Source of the DNA: Squalus acanthias | Taxonomy: Eukaryota | DNA: 64,000 nucleotides | NCBI GenBank assembly: GCA_030390025.1 | Contig: CM059432.1 | Location: 92,320,001-92,384,000, forward strand | Reading direction: 5' to 3' | Part shown: piece by piece, positions 62,190 through 64,000 of the stretch | How the letters are laid out: the number at the start of each line of letters is the position of its first letter | How positions within the stretch are numbered: position 1 is the stretch's first letter | The notes under the pieces: model-generated | Databases searched by the model: none | What the model was told of the DNA's origin: nothing | What the model saw: only the letters and a program-made list of their open reading frames with translations | Position numbers and translations under genes: made by a program

Positions 62190-63243
62190 GTATTAAGCAA
62201 GTGCAGAGGCAGGGAAAGGGGGAAGGGGAGGAAAGAACAAAAGGAAAGTCTGTGATAGGGTGGAAGGCAGGAGAGATTAAAAGACAAAAGGGATGATGGT
62301 GCAAGGCAAAAGGAGATGGTAATGGGACAAGTAAAGAAACAAAAGATGGGTCTAGAAGAGGTGTAAATGGGAATAGCAGAATCATCAACGGCTGCCATCT
62401 GAAAAAATGGGGGCAGAGGTTATGATCTGAAATTGTTGAACTCAATGTTGAATCCGGAAGTCTGTAAAGTGCCTAATCGAAAGATGAGGTGCTGTTCCTC
62501 GAGCTTACGTTGCACTTCATTGGAACAGTGTAGGAGGCCGAAGACTTTGAGAGGTCAGAGTGGGAGTGGAGCAGAGAATTAAAGTGACAGGCGACCGGAA
62601 GCTCGGGGTCACGCTTACGGACTGAATGGAGGTGTTCCGCAAAGCGGTCACCCAATTGGCATTTGGTCTCCCCAATGTAGAGGAGGCCGCATCATGAGCA
62701 GCGAATACAGTATATTAAATTGAAAGAAGTGCAAGTAAATCGCTGTTTCACCTGGAAGGAGTGTTTGGGGCCCTGGACGGTGGGAAGGGAGGAAGTAAAA
62801 GGCCAGGTGTTGCATCTCCTGCGCTTGCTGTGGGAAGGGGAGGGGGTGTTGGGGGTGATTGAGGAATGGACTAGGGTGTCGCAGATGAAACGGTCCCATT
62901 GGAATGCTGAAAGGGGAGGGGAGGGTGTGAAGATGTGTTTGGTGGTGGGATCACGCTGGAAGTGGCGGAAATAGCGGAGGAAGATCCGTTGAATGTGGCG
63001 GCTGGTGGGGTGGAAGGTGAAGACAAGGGGAACCCTATCGTGGTTCTGGGAGGGAGAGGAATGGGTGAGGGCAGAAGTGCGGAAAATGGAACGGACACAG
63101 TCAAGGGCCTTTTCAACCACAGTGGAGGGGAATCCTTGGTTGAGGAAAAAGGAAGACATGCACTGAAATGTTCACCAGTTTATTGCATAAACCACTATAG
63201 CTACTGTAAGAGTATCATTCTCCTGTCTTGATTCTAAATTACA

Positions 63244-63589
63244 TTAGATAATGCTAGCTTCTGACCATTTCTTGCACATCTGGTCCCATCTCCAATCTGT
63301 TCTTTCTTTTCTGGAGGCAACTGTAGCTATCCTTTCTGTAGACTGCCATCAGCATCTGTCCCGAGACTGCTATTTTTATCCTTCCCACACACTTCCATCA
63401 CTATCCTTCTTGGAACTTGTCATCTTTATCATTATTGAGGCTGCCATCACTATCCTTCCCAAGACGGCCATCTCTATCCTTCCTGAGGGTGCTGCATTTA
63501 TCCTTCCTGAGGCTGTCATTACTATTCTTTGCAAGACCTCCACAATCTCTCTCTCAAAATCTGGTATTGCTACTTGCTCTGTTTTTTGC
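63244..63589 (-). pseudogene. Candidate exon with a degenerate 24-nt (8-aa) repeat
   Basis: tttatttgtAG| acceptor. Reads KNSNDSLRKDKCSTLRKDRDGRLGKDSDGSLNNDKDDKFQKDSDGS. Confidence 0.35.
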
Positions 63590-63714
63590 CTACAAATAAA
63601 TTAAGTGTAAAAAAGAACTTCAAAAATCATCAGCCACTCCCATTGAGCATCTGATAATTTTTAAGACTTCTAAATATCCATCAACAATGACATTTAAATT
63701 GATAGGTTCTAAAG

Positions 63715-64000
63715 AAAGAAAGACTTGTTTTATGTAGTGCCTTGTCATGTCTATTAAAGTGAAAGTGCTTCACATACAGTGATCTTCTTTGCAGTGAAGA
63801 TACTGTTGCTATTTAGGCAAATGTAGCCACCATTTTGCCCACAAGATCCCACAAATAGCAATCCTTAGTTTTGATGGTGTTGGTTAAGGGAGGAATGTTG
63901 GCCAGGGCACAGGGCAAACTCCCTGCTGTTTTTTGAATAGTGCCATGGGATCTTTAACATTTACCTGAATCACCAAAACAGGCAGATTGGGCATTGGTTT
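63715..64000 (-). mobile_element. Deu-domain SINE (SacSINE1-like), 3' part, runs off the window
   Basis: GAATAGTGCCATGG.ATCTTT and TTGGCCAGG.CA motifs shared with 34730-34880. L2-type tail. Confidence 0.75.

Larger units (their letters stand above)
61865..63165 (-). mobile_element. Penelope-like retroelement 3' part (GIY-YIG endonuclease plus terminal repeat)
   Basis: DRVPLVFTFHP, FTCTSFNLIYCIRCS*CGLLYIGETK..LGDRFAEHL..PVACHFN. The terminal repeat is shared with 14380 and 57018. Confidence 0.93.

Overview
Vertebrate genomic DNA, most likely from a cartilaginous fish (shark-type CR1/L2 LINEs, Deu-domain SINE, Penelope termini, Harbinger MITEs). The ORF track is mostly transposon fragments or noise. 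I found no intact full-length protein-coding gene, tRNA, rRNA or CRISPR array. Well over half of the window is nested transposable elements: several CR1-group LINE families, three solo LTRs with target-site duplications (TSDs), Harbinger transposase remnants and MITEs, a pogo/Tigger MITE, a hAT MITE, and Penelope-like elements with hammerhead-like motifs. Two things stand out. (1) The unique DNA between the transposons holds about 16 splice-site-bounded, stop-riddled exon remnants of one long minus-strand gene. By recalled-sequence comparison, its 5' part resembles CCDC142 and its 3' part resembles KIAA0825 (DUF4495), so it is a possible dead, divergent CCDC142-like/KIAA0825-like fusion or tandem pair. 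(2) A ~9-12 kb inversion (about 1.67-10.79 kb minimum) between two inverted LINE copies is supported by two split LINEs and by two exons flipped to the plus strand. A candidate plus-strand first coding exon (MSKTAI, 53075) sits in a transposon-poor island. Protein similarities are from memory and need HMM/BLAST confirmation.
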